From NCBI GenBank assembly GCA_010093605.1, contig MU004195.1, positions 372,001 through 436,000 on the forward strand: 64,000 nt of DNA. The letters run 5' to 3'. This document shows, piece after piece, positions 1 to 12,747 of the stretch. This stretch comes from Lophium mytilinum (lineage: Eukaryota). The position numbers were made by a program, and so were the translations under genes. The notes under the pieces were generated by a model. The model saw nothing but the letters and a program-made list of their open reading frames with translations, did no database searches and had not been told where the DNA came from. Position 1 is the stretch's first letter. The number at the start of each line of letters is the position of its first letter.

Positions 1-1494
1 TTGGGAAAGAACTTCGACACGTAACGCGAGGGTAGGTTCAGCTTGCCAGGCTGAGCTTCCACTGGCTCACTCATCGCTGGTACCCGAGCTTCCACACGCT
101 TCTCACTGTGCTCCTCCCCGGCACCCTTGGGCTGGAACTTCTTTGGCAACTCGCGCGGCTTCTGGGGGTCTCCAGGTGCGGCGAGAACGACGGGCAAGTT
201 TGGCTCTACAGCTCCTAGGCCAGGCATCGCCGTAGGACGGCCGAGCTGGCGATCCGAGCGCATCGTGGTCTTCGACACGAGCGAACTCCTGTCGCCGAGC
301 TTCTCGGAGGCTGACTTGGGAGCAAACTTCTTGGGAAGCTGGCGTGTCGTCTGGGCATGGCCAAGAGCGTTGAAGCCGCTGTTGGGCTGTGTGAGCACTG
401 TCTCACCCGCTGTTTGGAAACCCGTCGTCTGTGTGGGCATATTGGGTCCACGAAACTCCCATGGAGTAGAGTAGTGCTTCTCAGCCGCCGCTTTGACAAT
501 GGCCCTGAACCCATCCTGCTCGATTCCTTGGTCTTTGCCCCACTGAAGCAGGTCGACAATCACAGGTTCTGACAGTGAAGGATCATCTGGGTTGCCCCAG
601 GAAGTGCCCCAGCAGGCCGTAGTCCGGACGGCCACGTGAACCAACTCCACAAGCTTAAGGCCATGATAGAGGCCAGTGTGGACGTATTTATCGAGGATCG
701 CGTTGATGAAGTTGACTTCGGCGTCGGTAGCTTTGTGGGCAGGCGTTCCGCGCACATCCTCAATCTTGTTGAGCTCGTCGGGTGTCATGGCGCCGGTGGC
801 GGCTGCGAAGATGTGTCTCATGATGCCCTGCACATGGATGCGGTTGGCCTCGTCGGTAGCGCGACGGGCAGCGTCCTCCTCCCACTTCGAGTTGTGGTGC
901 TTCACCAACGTCTGGTTGACTTCGCCGAACTTTGCGTGATCCTGCTGCGTGCCAACACCTCGCGCCACTCTATTGAGAAGCGCGCCAAAATGTGGGTCGT
1001 TGCGGGAGGCCTCGAGCAGGGACTTGTTCACCGAATGCGCCACTTCCTCGTTGAGTGGGGTGTAGTGGTTTGGGTGTGGATAGAACGCGGCGTCGGGTTC
1101 TGCCTGACTTGGATGAAAGATGGCAGCGCTCGCAGTGAGCTTGGAGTGGTTTTCGGCCATGACGGGGCCTTTGCCTTGTTGCTGCTGCTGTGGGGGGGAG
1201 TTGTCTCTGGCAACACTTCCGCTGCCTCGGTGCTGCGCTTGGGTGTTCTGCGAGCCACTGGCAGGATGAACTGTGGAAGCTGGAGTAGGGCGCGCTGAAT
1301 AGTTAGGGTCCTTCCAGAAGTTTATGTGACCGGGTGTGATGCTGTCGTCGCTATTGAATGAGCCGGGGAGGGAGGGGGGAGACTCGCGGCGCTCGGTGAT
1401 GGGGAGCAGCTGGTTAGTGGCCTAGGAGTGGTCAGTTCGCTCTCTCAAATCTACAGACATTGAAACAAAATGGAGTGGGAGGCGCTCTTACCAT
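1..1494 (-). CDS. Hypothetical protein, 3' end runs off the left edge of the window
   Basis: ATG at 1494-1492 is followed by a GTAAGA...CTGAC...TAG intron (1491-1422). The frame then stays open to base 1 (MATNQLLPITERRESPP...LNEEVAHSVNKSLLEASRNDPHFG...). No recognisable domain. Confidence 0.7.
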
Positions 1495-2466
1495 TGCGTG
1501 TGCTTGTGGTTGACTGAAACACAGGCTGATGCTAGAAGCGGCGTGGGCTGTTTTGCTACTGTGCGTCGAGATGGGTCGTGGGAGCAAGAAGATATGAGGA
1601 GGAGTGTGGGTGTGCTGGAGCAAGTTGACGAGGTTAAGAGACGTTGAATCAAATAACAGAGGCTGGTAGACTTGAGCGTAGTTGACATTCACCTGAACCA
1701 CGCCTAAGCGAACATGAACGTCGACCTCTCGCCAGGGAGCACACAGTGAGTCGAAGCGGGGCATCTGACAGGCTGGTAACTATCTAAGCCGATATTCAGC
1801 GGGTGATAACTGCGGTTTTTCTCGGCGTGCGAGACGTTGACGGCCAACTTGAGGATCACATAGGAGCAGCGGACACAAACGCGAGGCACCAATAAAAAAC
1901 TTGCGTATGAAACACAAGAACTGAACCATTGAGAGTGATATAGAGAACTAGAAAGGATACTAGACACCACGAGTTGATCTACCTTGAACCACTGACTCCT
2001 CGAATCCATGAAGTTGTGACAAACTTCAAACGTTTCCTTCATCCGCAACAGCGCAAACATATTCAAGAGAGTTTAAATACCTCTCGTGGAACGTGGGCTG
2101 GTCTCTTCTCTGCAAGCAGTCCTACTATAACCTGAATATAGCCTAAGTGGACAAATTCCCATTCTAACAGGCATTGATGTTGTGCGAATGTCGTCAATTT
2201 TAACGTTCCTTGGTTCCACTCGCCTAGGCGACGCCATTCTATAGATCATTTCCACCACATTTCCTAATCTAGCCTGCGGCATGCTAGTAGCGAAGCACAG
2301 AAGCCGTTATGCCGTATTGCCTCTACCATTATAGTTGTGATTTTCGGACGTTCTTCCGGTAATATCCATAAGGGCTCAACTTGATGTTATTGTCAGTCGA
2401 CCCGGCATCCGGACGCTCGCGCCATTGAGGCTTAGGCTATTGGCGGAGATGTGGGCGTGAAGTGTA

Positions 2467-2564
2467 GCTATTGTCGCCTTCCTATCGTGGCCTTGCTATT
2501 GTCGCCACTGCTATTCATCCGCTGCCTTATTGAGCACGTGCCGCTTCCACGGCCTAGATATAAA
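2467..2564 (+). promoter_or_regulatory. Array of ~14-bp units (YTATTGTCGCC-like) directly upstream of a TATA box
   Basis: gctattgtcgcc at 2467 and 2495, with degenerate copies at 2481, 2510 and 2525. TATAAA at ~2559, followed by a pyrimidine-rich leader. Confidence 0.5.
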
Positions 2565-3057
2565 CCTCCTCAATAGCCGCGAGTCCACCATCTTTCCTAC
2601 ACAACACAAACCTCGCCACATCACCACTGCCTTTGCTCTCCAACCGGCAGGTCTTGACTCACTTCGGGCAACCTCAAAGTACGGAAAGATCTCCCCTCCT
2701 TCGCTCTGATTTGCAGTGCACTGACGAAAAGTTCAAGATCTCGCCCTCAACCACACAACAGCGACACTTGCCTTGCAACTGAGCTCGACTACTCTGAAGC
2801 CCTCCAACGCACCAACTCGTAAGTCAGGACGTCATCGCCTTCACTCCAATTTCCAGTGCACTAACAAATGACCTCAAGATCTGCATCGAAATCGAGTCTC
2901 TGACCAGTTAACTCAACTCAAGTTACCACCGCGATCACAAGGTACGTCAACAGCATATCCTCCAACCGCCTCGACCCACTGAAGCTTCCTCAAGTCCTCA
3001 ATCCACTCTGCAAAACATTGACTGATCCTGCACAGCTCCACATTCGCAGTTAGCAAG

Positions 3058-3612
3058 ATGTCCAACTCCGCCACCTTTCCCAACGCCCCCCTCTCCGAGG
3101 CCACGCGCGATGCCATGCACGGCCTCCGCGTTGAGCACGGCAAGCGCTTCCCTGGCTACCGCAACCTCCTGGCCGCCTGCGACGCGGGCCTCGCCACCAA
3201 CGCCGAGGTGGATGCCTTCTTCACGATCGAGGGCCACGTGCAGGAAGTGGCCTTGGCCGAGCAGAGCTTGCACCAGGCCAAGCGTGAGCTTCGACTAGCT
3301 GTTCTCAAAGTCGAGGTCTCGAACGAAAGAGAAGCCGTCCAGGCGCCTGTGGCTCTGGTCAACGGCGTGCACGTCTTCACGTTCGCTCAAAACACCGCCA
3401 ACTTGGACAGTGCCCCCGCGGTCGGCGACAACCTCGTCACGGAGAGTGTGCAGATGGAGGAGCCGCTCCGTGCGCGCGATATGGCTGAGGTCGAGGGTAC
3501 TATTGACGAGTGCCTTGAACAGATGGTCAACTTCGGCCGGGTCCAAGGCATGGATTTCGCGGCCGTGAAGCAGCGTATCCTGGAGAAGCTGGAAAAGGCT
3601 CGCGACGCCTAG
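3058..3612 (+). CDS. Orphan 184-aa protein with three predicted 5'-UTR introns (2679-2737, 2819-2878, 2942-3035)
   Basis: ORF with strong C/G-ending codon bias and a good start context (gcaagATG). The upstream GT..CTRAY..AG introns separate ATG-free exons. Confidence 0.7.
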   Translation: MSNSATFPNAPLSEATRDAMHGLRVEHGKRFPGYRNLLAACDAGLATNAEVDAFFTIEGHVQEVALAEQSLHQAKRELRLAVLKVEVSNEREAVQAPVALVNGVHVFTFAQNTANLDSAPAVGDNLVTESVQMEEPLRARDMAEVEGTIDECLEQMVNFGRVQGMDFAAVKQRILEKLEKARDA

Positions 3613-4028
3613 GAGGGTATGTCCGTGGCTGGTTCGGTGGTCTTTTGAGATCTGTTTCGCTTGTGGTCCTGATTTGGCATGAGTTTCTTTCTCTTTTGGC
3701 CGGCTCGATGGTAACTCTGGATGTCTTCGAAGGAGGATAAACTTGGCTCAATTGAAACCAGCATACACGTAGATTTGGAGTGGACTTTGGAAGACAATTT
3801 CTCCACACCATAGATTCAGGTCTCTATTCTAATGACCTTGAAGAACGATCTATATTGAAACAACTCGCCTTGACTTTTGCGCTTCGTGATAGTACTCTAT
3901 GGTGGAACTAGAGGTATCCTACAATCCGGGCAAGTAACATAATCACAGAGACCAGAAATGGGCCCTTGGGGGTATCATGTTTGATTTCCACCTTACCTAA
4001 CGCCTATAATACAGCTCGAGACTCCGAA

Positions 4029-4974
4029 CTACCTCCGCCTATACCCATCAGAGCGGTCGCGGGGAGACCTACTCCGCCTCGGCCTCGTATCCCTCACACG
4101 TTCCCACGACCGCGGCCTCGGACGTGCAACATCTGGGTCTCTGCGTCTCTCTCGATGATGACCTTGCTCTCTCCTACGGTCATGGCTTCTCGACCTATGC
4201 TTCCTCCTCTCGCGATCCCTGTCTCGCGACCTCGATCGCCGCCGCCGATGATCCTCCTTGGACCTGCTCCGAGAACGCTTCCGCCTGTGTCTCTCCCCAT
4301 CATCATCTTTCCGATCCCTCCGCCGCTCTCGTGGAGCAACATCCCTCTCCCGATCCTCCCTCCGTCCGTTGCGCGCAGGCAGACCAGCATCAGCCACCCC
4401 CGACCCCGCCAGCACCTCACCTCCATCATCCGCAGCACCATCACGTCCGTTATACGCGCCAAATCCCACACCTTTCACCGTATCTTCAGCGGCCCCCTCG
4501 GTCCCGACCTCAGCCAAAGCCTTCTTAACATCAGCCTCGCTCGGCCGCTCGCCCACGGGCACCATATTCGCATTCGTCGACGCTCGTTGCGGGACAGGCA
4601 ATCCCATGGCAACTAGCATGGCGTCTTCCTCGGCTTCCTTGAGTTTGCGCTTCTCCTCGGCGAGCTTCTGCGCGGCGACTTCTTTGGAATCCTCGTCGCC
4701 TTTGGCGTACCAGTTCAGGTCGCGGCCTTTTTGCCAGCGGCCGACGGCTATAGCGCGTTAGTATGATGTTGATGTAGGAAATGGTGAATGCTGGGAGACG
4801 TACGCGCCATGAGGGAGTGGCCCAGGTAATTCTCGCGTTGGGAGTCGGCCTTGACATCTTCCCATTTAAAGTCGGCGCGGCCGCCACTGTGAGGTGTGTT
4901 AGCAGTATAATGGGCGCGGAGCTCGAGGAGGCTTACCGGCTACCTTCCTTGCGGACACTCTGCAGCAGATCCAT
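4029..4974 (-). CDS. MMTAG2/C1orf35-like protein (MMtag domain) with an Arg/Ser/Asp-rich C-terminus; 2 introns
   Basis: Spliced translation [56 protein letters not shown] matches the family signature. Confidence 0.9.
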
Positions 4975-5271
4975 GATGTGTGTGGGGTTATCGTGATGGA
5001 GAGGTAAAGGAGAGGTGGGATTGTCGTCGTTTGGCCAAGGAATGAAATTGCGGAGTCGGCGCGGGAGTGCCTGCGGAGCCTCATCAAAGAACAACCTCAC
5101 TCCATGCCCTCCATGTGAAGGCCAGGTGAATGCAGCGCTTCTTGTTATCCGAGAATGCGATGAGCAAACACAAGACCAGCTTGCTACGAAGCTGAAGACC
5201 TGCTGAGTGCGCCCGCCGCATTCGCAATCTCCTCCACAGCACCCTCCGACTAAATCCTACGGCAACACAAC

Positions 5272-6464
5272 ATGGCACAGAAGGACCCTCCTCTCGACGA
5301 GACGGCCTGGTTTAGCGAAGACTATGCGCGGTTCTATGGAGGCATCAACACGAACACAGGCAAATATCCCCTTCCCTTCATGCCGCTATACAAGCCGTTC
5401 TGACTAGCTTCATAGTGCATGTCTACTTCTACCATTCCACATTCTTTGACCTTGCCTCACTCAACGGCACGCTATGGTCCCAGGCCAACCGCCACTACGA
5501 CCAACAACACCTTCTGGAGTCGCGAAAAGCTTTCGAGGACGCGGTGAAGGGTGTTCAATCCGGTGGCACGCAATTCCTGATAGTTGGGGAGCCAGAGTCG
5601 GAGGATGGGACCTGGGTGATGCAGAAGCAGCTCCGGACGGTGCAGCGCGGGCTTCCTGATACAATTGAGGTGCTGGGAACATACTTCATCATCGGCATCC
5701 AGATCTTCATGGCGCCGAGTGTGGGAGACGTCTTGGCGGCGAAGACGGTATGGCATATCCCATTCACCCCCACCTCACATATCAACCATAAGAACAGACG
5801 AGAACACCAAGCTAACATCCTCCCGCAGCTCAATATCACAAACCAAATGTCCTCCTTCTTCACCCTCGCCTCCAGCCTTTCCCTCTTCACCCCCGCAACC
5901 GGCCACACCTACTTCCACCCCTCCCTGAAACCCTCCACCGACGCCAAAAAGCTCGCAATCGCCGGCGGCGTATCTCGCGCCACCACCCCCGGCCTGAACC
6001 CTACCCAAGACACCGCTTCCGTCGCCCAAACCGCCACCGGCGTAGCCGCCACCTCCTCCGCGATCGGCGGCACCTTCATCGAGCCCCTCTTCTTGCAATC
6101 GCTTTCTCTCTCTACCCGCTACGCCACCGAGTACGCAGACGAGAACCCGCTCCAAGGCGAGCCCGGCGCGTTCGTCTTCAGCAGCACGAACGAGCGCGTC
6201 GCGGCACTGAACGAAGCCGCGGCGCAGGCGGCGTTGAAGGCGCAGAGCGCGGCAGTGGCGGTTGTGTCCGCGCAGCAGCGGGAACGGGAGAGCGCGGTTA
6301 GTACTGCTGCGCCGACGCCGAAGCCTGCGGTTGGCGAGGGGAGTGGGAGTGGGAGGAAGGGGAGTAAAGGGGGGACAGATCCGACGAGGGTTAGGCGGCG
6401 GAAGAGTAAGGGGTTGGCGAGCCCGATTACGCCGAAGGAGGGGACGGGGCAGGCGTTGAAGTGA
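5272..6464 (+). CDS. MED6: Mediator complex subunit 6; introns 5360-5415 (GC-AG) and 5748-5828
   Basis: Motifs PPLDETAW...GGINTNTVHVYFYHSTFFD..S.NG, WVMQKQ.R, TYFIIG..IFMAPSVGDV, FTPATGHTY and EYADENPLQGEPGAF. Confidence 0.88.
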
Positions 6465-6559
6465 GGATTAGATGGGTTTGATGGAGGGTTTGATGGGGTG
6501 GGGGCGGCGTTGAGGGTGCTCTGACAGGGTTATGGTAGATGCTAATACCCATGTCTCGA

Positions 6560-7130
6560 TTTCAATTATTGGGGAAATGACATCGTGTTCACAATTTATA
6601 TCCTAGGGCTAGGGGCGCATCTATCTGTAAATGCTTCTCCAAAACAATAGATTAAACCTCCTAATTTCAATCGTCGTACATATTGCTGCCAGACACGTTA
6701 TTTTGAAAATAGGCCCCGATTTGAAGGGGGTTATACGTGACATTGGCTTCAGCCTTCTCACGGCTAGGCTAGGGGAGCCATCCATCTTTGAACGGTTGCC
6801 TAAAATCGGAAATTAGATCCATTAATTCCAAGCGTTTGAGAATACGCTGAGATATAAAAGACTGCTATACCAAGCCGCGATTTAAACGATCGTGAACGTA
6901 ACATCGTCTTCGCCAGGCTCCTTATGAGGCCGGGGGAGCTATCCATCTTTAGACGCTTGAGCAAAGTAAAAGACCACAACTTCCGGTTTTAAAGTGATCG
7001 GAAAGTGTGCTAAAGATAAAGATATGTGAATACCCGGTCTTGATCTAAACGGTCGTGAACGTGACAACGTCTTCAACCTCTTTGTAGTATGCCTGGGGGA
7101 GCTATCTATCTATACAGCATCCTCCAAAAT
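6560..7130. repeat. Degenerate tandem repeat, ~162-bp unit, ~3.5-4 copies
   Basis: The anchor ggggagc(c/t)atc(c/t)atct recurs at ~6611, 6772, 6934 and 7097. gat(t/c)taaacg(a/g)tcgtgaacgt..ca.cgtcttc recurs at ~6879 and ~7042. Confidence 0.75.
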
Positions 7131-7404
7131 TCTGATGCATAGATCCTAGTTGCGAGTGCATCAGGCTCTTCGCCCTCACACCCTAAATAAGACTGCAGAT
7201 TTCTATACTTAGCAAGGCCGGCAGTGCAGTTGAGGGGCTTCTAGCAGCATCACGACTATTTGGAAACCTAAGTCTTAGTTTGACCAGTCAAGAAATAAAC
7301 ATCGTATTCATCTTATCATCATAGTCCCAGGGGCGCCATCCACCACCAACCCACCCTCCAAAACCCCAGCCGACACGACCCAAACTCTCGTGCTCTCAAC
7401 TCCA

Positions 7405-8482
7405 CTACTCCCCCATCCCCTTCTTCTGCCCCCAAAACCTCTCCGTCCTCTCCTCCTTCCACCCATCCATCCCCCCTTCCCGCCTCATCTCCCCCGCCCC
7501 CTTCGCCTGCTCCCGCCACCCAGGCTCCAAGAACCCGTTCTCCAAATCCTCCTTCCACCGCCCCATATCCCCCACCAGCGCCACATTCCCCTTGCCCAGC
7601 GCCGCCGGCCGCGGAATCCCCTCCACCGCGCCGTCCAAGCGCGCAGCGAGCGCCCCATTCTCAGCCGATTTGGGCAGCAGCGCGATGAGGGTGCGCTGGT
7701 CGGCGGGGGTGAGGACGTCCCAGGCGCGGGGGTTGGATAGCGCGGTCTGGAACGGGCATTGTTAGTACAGGATCCTTGGTATGGTCAGGGGCGGACGGGG
7801 AGGGTGTACGTACGGTCAAATCGGCGGATACGAGCTTCGATTTCGGGTGTGTGAGAAGACGTTCGACGTCGAGGAACGGATCTTTGCGGCCGCGGGCTGG
7901 GCGTTTGGGCGCGGCGGGCGTTGCGACGAGGCGCTCCGGGGCGCGGCGGGTGCGGGCAGGGCGGGTGGATGTTGGAGCTGATTTGGGTGCTGCGGCGGGA
8001 GTGATGGCTCGGGGGGTGCGTTTCGGGGCTGGGGAGCGGGTGGTTTGACGGGCAGCGGGAATTGGGGCGCCGGCGCCTGGATGCTGCGGTGGGGGTGGGG
8101 GGGTTGAGGCTGGTCGGCCGGCGGCAGCGGAGGCTGACTGAGAGGCGGCGCGTGATGCTGATTTGGAGGGCGACGCAGAGGCGTTGCGAGAGGGGGTGCG
8201 TTTCGAAGCCGTGGCGCGAGGGGTTTGCTTGCGGATTGGGGAGGGTGAGGTGCTCCCGGTGGCGGTCTTGGGCTTTGTAGCGGTGGTGGGTTTTGGGGCC
8301 ATTTTAAGACGCTTTGGTGAGTGTGGTGTGGATGAGCGTGATTCGGATGCTTCTGGTGATGTCGACGACTTGCGCTTCAGGGATCGAGTTGGTGAGAGCG
8401 AGAAGTTGGACGGTACTGATGACAGTGGAGAGGAGTCTGGACTGTCGCCGGTGGTGATGAGGTTGTTGGTGTGAAGAGACAT
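7405..8482 (-). CDS. Asx homology (ASXH/DEUBAD) domain protein with a low-complexity S/P/A/R N-terminus; intron 7813-7747
   Basis: Motifs LLTHPKSKLVSADL|TALSNPRAWDVLTPADQRTLIALLP and WKEDLENGFLEPGWREQA...WKEERTERFWGQK. Confidence 0.85.
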
Positions 8483-10163
8483 GTTTGCGGGCGATGGGTT
8501 CGACTTTATATGAGAAGGGACAATAAGCAAGGTTCCTATTGTTGGAAGAATGGTATTGTCTGAATAGCGGCTGCCTCACGCGTGAACCGCCGGTGAAGAT
8601 TGACGCTCGAGCCAACTCCGCCAAGGCGTATCACGTGAAGAGGGATTCATGGGGCGGTGTATTGTAGAGAAGGTGGACATGGAGGGGAGACTGAAGGAAA
8701 CGATTTACCTTTGGGGTGATGCTGCGCTGCGATGGTCGCCAAGCCAGCGCGTCTTGTTGTGAGTCGCGGAGTTGGTCTGACATCGCAGGGAAGTTGATGA
8801 GACGGGAGGTGTGAAGACAGAAGGATCAGGTTGGATACGCAGAGTTCATGTGCCAGCTGAAAAATGAGACCTTGAGGGAAAAGAAAGCCCATCCATATGG
8901 GCATGCACAGGGTAAGAAAATCAAGGCAGCTGTGATCCTCAACGCCGTTTTTGGGATCACTTGCTCTCAGATCATTTAGAATCAGAACACAGAGACACAG
9001 CAAGCCTGGACGAACTAGTCTCAGTCTAGAAAGGAATAAAGAAAGGGAGATGCGCGCGGATTGCTGGTGTACGGTCGTGATGATGTTGGAGAGATTTCCG
9101 CCTGCTGGGAGCTCAGCTGCTAGCCTAATGCAGCCTAGCCTTAGCCACGTTGCAATCAGCCACAAATGTGGCGTAATATCACGTCCTGCCCCTGACAGTG
9201 TAGGTCATCCCAGGCCATTGACACGCTGGTTTAGAGGAGTGCGGTAGAATCCGAGTCTCGAAGGCTGTTCAAGAATGGGACGATAGACCGACACGTCACC
9301 GTAGAATTGGATGACAGGAGGTGAATAACACGAGGACCCCATTCGATCTAGGCTCAGCCTTGTCAGGGGAAGCACCTGCATGCATGATTCTCTCAAGTAT
9401 TCGTAGTCCAATGAACTCAAAGTCTCGCACATTTCTCAGACATGCCACATGGGGGCTAATCGGTGGTAAGGACGGATCATTGGGGAAAGCTTATTCTAGA
9501 ACATTGAAAGCTTGTCTAATATCCTGGTTGAGGATCGGATCGGAGAATATATCACGGCGGCTACCAGCTGAAGAGCATTCACGTTGCGACTCCACATTTG
9601 TACTGCACATTGACTCTAAACGTGAAAAGGTAAAAATAAGCAAATACGTACAGGCGAATGGAGATCATGCTTGACCTGTCGTCTGATCCATTGAATAGAG
9701 CTCAACGTAAGCAGCAGTTTCATCGAGCTCATCTTGGAGCATTGACGATAGGGTGGGTTTTCAGCCTTAGAGAGAGTAACGAATGAAAGCAGAATAATGT
9801 CTAGAAAAATGGCATGGCATTGAATTAATCATGCGGTAGGATCAGGAATAGCACTGCGCCTCATATCCTCTCAGTTTCGAGACAGAAATTGCGCAGTGTA
9901 CCTCCAAGTCACCTATCGCCGGATGGGAAAGGCTTCCGCCGTAGCATCGAAATTCTTCCCCAAGCCGCAGCGAGTTTTGGGGGCAATAAGCAGCGGAGCA
10001 ACTCTCACCGCGAAGCTTGATCTTAAGGGGCCAACGCAAGGACAAAACCCTTCAGAATCTCTCCATATCCGTGCCATCCTCATTCAGTTCTCTCCAAATC
10101 AGCAGAAAGCGCAACAAAACCTATCTTCCGATCTTTCTACCACTCCTCTTCTCATCATCTACG

Positions 10164-10805
10164 ATGCATCATCCCAGCTTCACCTCCATGGCCATGCTAG
10201 CCGTGGCCATCTCCTCCGTCTTCGCCTCTCCAATTGAGAAAGCCGAGGAGTTCGCCCATACTATGAGCAAGCGCGTTGACTTAGCCCCCAGGGACAAGCG
10301 TGTGGATCTACCCCCAAAGGACAAGCGCATTCACCCACCCACCGAGGACAAGCGCTCCGACCTCCGCATCAAACACACCGACTTCCACTGGCGCTTCTAC
10401 GACACCGGCAACTGTGACCATAGCGTCCAGCCCCCAGATTCGTTCCCCTCGGGTGGATCGCCGCCGTATGCTTCATTCCCTACTCTTTCAAACCCGAGGG
10501 AGTCTGTACTAATGCACTACATACAGCGGCGATGGCTCTATCGGAGTCTGCTACAGCGCCCCCGAAGGCGTGCAGTGGAATAGAGTCGAGATCGATACCT
10601 TCTTCGCAGATGGGGGAGCGCTTGGGCTTCAGGGACCCTGCAATACTGGCTGCGGCGGAGGTGCCTCGGTCAAGCAGCAGGGCACGAATTGCTACTTGCC
10701 GACTTCTGGGTATGTCTCCTCGTAATTTGGAGAGTTGAGAGCGATGCTGACTTTGGTGTTTCTCGCAGATGCGCTCTTGGTAGTTTCATGGTTATCAATA
10801 ACTAA
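10164..10805 (+). CDS. Small secreted protein (173 aa): signal peptide, Kex2 (KR)-delimited short repeats and a 6-Cys C-terminal domain; introns 10466-10526 and 10710-10768
   Basis: MHHPSFTSMAMLAVAISSVFA-SP...SKR VDLAPRDKR VDLPPKDKR IHPPTEDKR SDLRIKHTDFHWRFYDTGNC...VCY...GPCNTGC...NCY...GCALGSFMVINN*. Canonical splice sites keep the frame. Confidence 0.82.
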
Positions 10806-11793
10806 GGGGATTTTGCTCGACTAGGTAGAGAGACGGGGAGCAGCTTGTTTTGAGAGGAAAGCGTGATGTGGTATGGAAAAGGGAGTGGGTCGTTCATTTT
10901 TCTATATTGGCATGTAGCTCTGCTGCAATTACATTCGTAAGAAGGATTGAAGATGGAAAGCGAGTCGTTTGCCGTCATTAAGCTCGTAGTGAATATGGGT
11001 GTTGAGATGGGGGTTATTCGCGAGAGTCGAATGGAGTTATACTACATTACCAAACGATCTACCATGACCAAGGAGTGTGCCCATGCTGGTAGTTTTTATG
11101 GGTAATATGAGGACTTCGAATCTATTGCCCCTTATTTGATGGCTCTGAGAGCAAGGATTTTACTAAAAGTGCGGTTGCTTGCCGTCTTTTGAGTTTTTGG
11201 ATTATTCCCCGTACTGAAAGCTTCGCTGTCGTGCTTGCTTGTACGCAGAGACCCCCTTTCCCGTTGGCATCTCCCCTCAACACCATCTCAGACTATTGAC
11301 TCTTGGGGCGTCTGACAGCCTATACAGCTCGAGACATATCTTGAAAATATTGTTAGATGCCCGCGGAGGTGTCGAATGAGGGTCGAAGAGCTCGGCTATG
11401 CTGCGGAGGTGGTGGGATGGCCGTCGCTGCCTTCTCGAATCGCTCACACGGTGCGGAAGGGGCTGTTCTCTGCATCTGCTCGCCTAGGAAAGCCGACTGT
11501 ATATGAGGCCGGGCGAATGCGTTCCTGAACGGACATATATCGATGATGATGCGGTGCCTGGGTTCGATACTCGCCTGAAGCCAGATTTCCGGGAAGCGGG
11601 TCGACCGTCAAAGCTCCCTCGTCACAAAGTTTCTGGAACCACCAACTCCACCCCTCCAACCCCGACACAACAACAAATCGCGTGGATTGCCTCCTCCGAC
11701 TCCTTGCACCCTCTCTTACAGGGTCCCCCCATCCTCCTCTTCCTTCGTGTCTGTTTCCCCGGCTCCGGGCGAAGACACACAAGCCTCAACACT

Positions 11794-12747
11794 ATGATCA
11801 ACCACACCCTCATCTCGAGGCTCGACGGTCAGTGCCCTTTTATCCTCGACAACGGAGCTCTTAGGTAGGCTGACACTGTGCTAGGCTTGATCCTCGCGGC
11901 CTCAGTAGACGAAGATGAGGTACGTCCTCCTCCTCTCTCTCCCTGTCAACCGCTCGGAGACGCTCACACCCCGAAGACAGATGCCGAGTTCCGTGAGGTC
12001 AAAGGCAAGGTGAAACTTGTCTTGCGCCGTCTGGATCGTAACTCTGCACCGCAGGCAAGCATAGAGAGCGGGCGATATGTGTACCAGTAAGTAGAACTCT
12101 CCTCACCTCCCGTGAAGCTCGGCCTCGCCACTGGTTGCGGAGGAGCCCCACCGACGACAACGCTGACCAGCGACCTCTTTCCTTACAGCTACCTTCTCCA
12201 GGACTCATTAGTCTTCCTCTGCATTTGCGACAGGTCCTATCCGCGAAAGCTGGCCTTCACGTACCTTGCCGACCTCCAATCCGAGTTCACCACCCTCTAC
12301 CCCGCCGCCGAGTACCTGTCGGCATCATGCCGCCCATACGCCTTCGTAAAGTTCGACACCTTCATCCAGCGTACCAAGAAGACATATCAGGATAGCCGCG
12401 CCACGCAGAACTTGGACAAACTCAACGACGAACTCAAGGACGTGACCAAGGTTATGACGAAGAATATCGAGGATCTTCTCTATCGAGGCGATAGCTTGAA
12501 TCGGATGGGCGAGCAGAGCGCAAGACTGAAGGAGGATAGCAGGAAATACAAGCGAGCAGCCGTGAGGATCAATTGGGAATTGTTGCTGAAGCAGGTATGC
12601 TTGAATAACCTAATTCCACAATAGCCGGCATTCGCGGGCGACATAGCTCATATGATCGTCGTATGGCAGCTAACAGTCGGATAGTATGGACCAATCGGCG
12701 CTCTCATCTTCATAATCTTCGTGTTCATCTGGTGGCGCTTCTTTTGA
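11794..12747 (+). CDS. SEC22: R-SNARE Sec22 (longin domain, SNARE motif, C-terminal TM); 4 introns
   Basis: LCICDRSYPRKLAFTYLADL, RPYAFVKFDTFIQRTKK, NLDKLNDELKDVTKVMTKNIEDLLYRGDSL, and TM YGPIGALIFIIFVFIWWRFF*. Confidence 0.97.

Noticed and set aside
636..1298. 220-aa plus-strand ORF, and similar shadow ORFs such as 3966-4616, 29295-29849 and 52745-53398
   Set aside because: These are antisense or alternative-frame shadows of GC-rich real genes.
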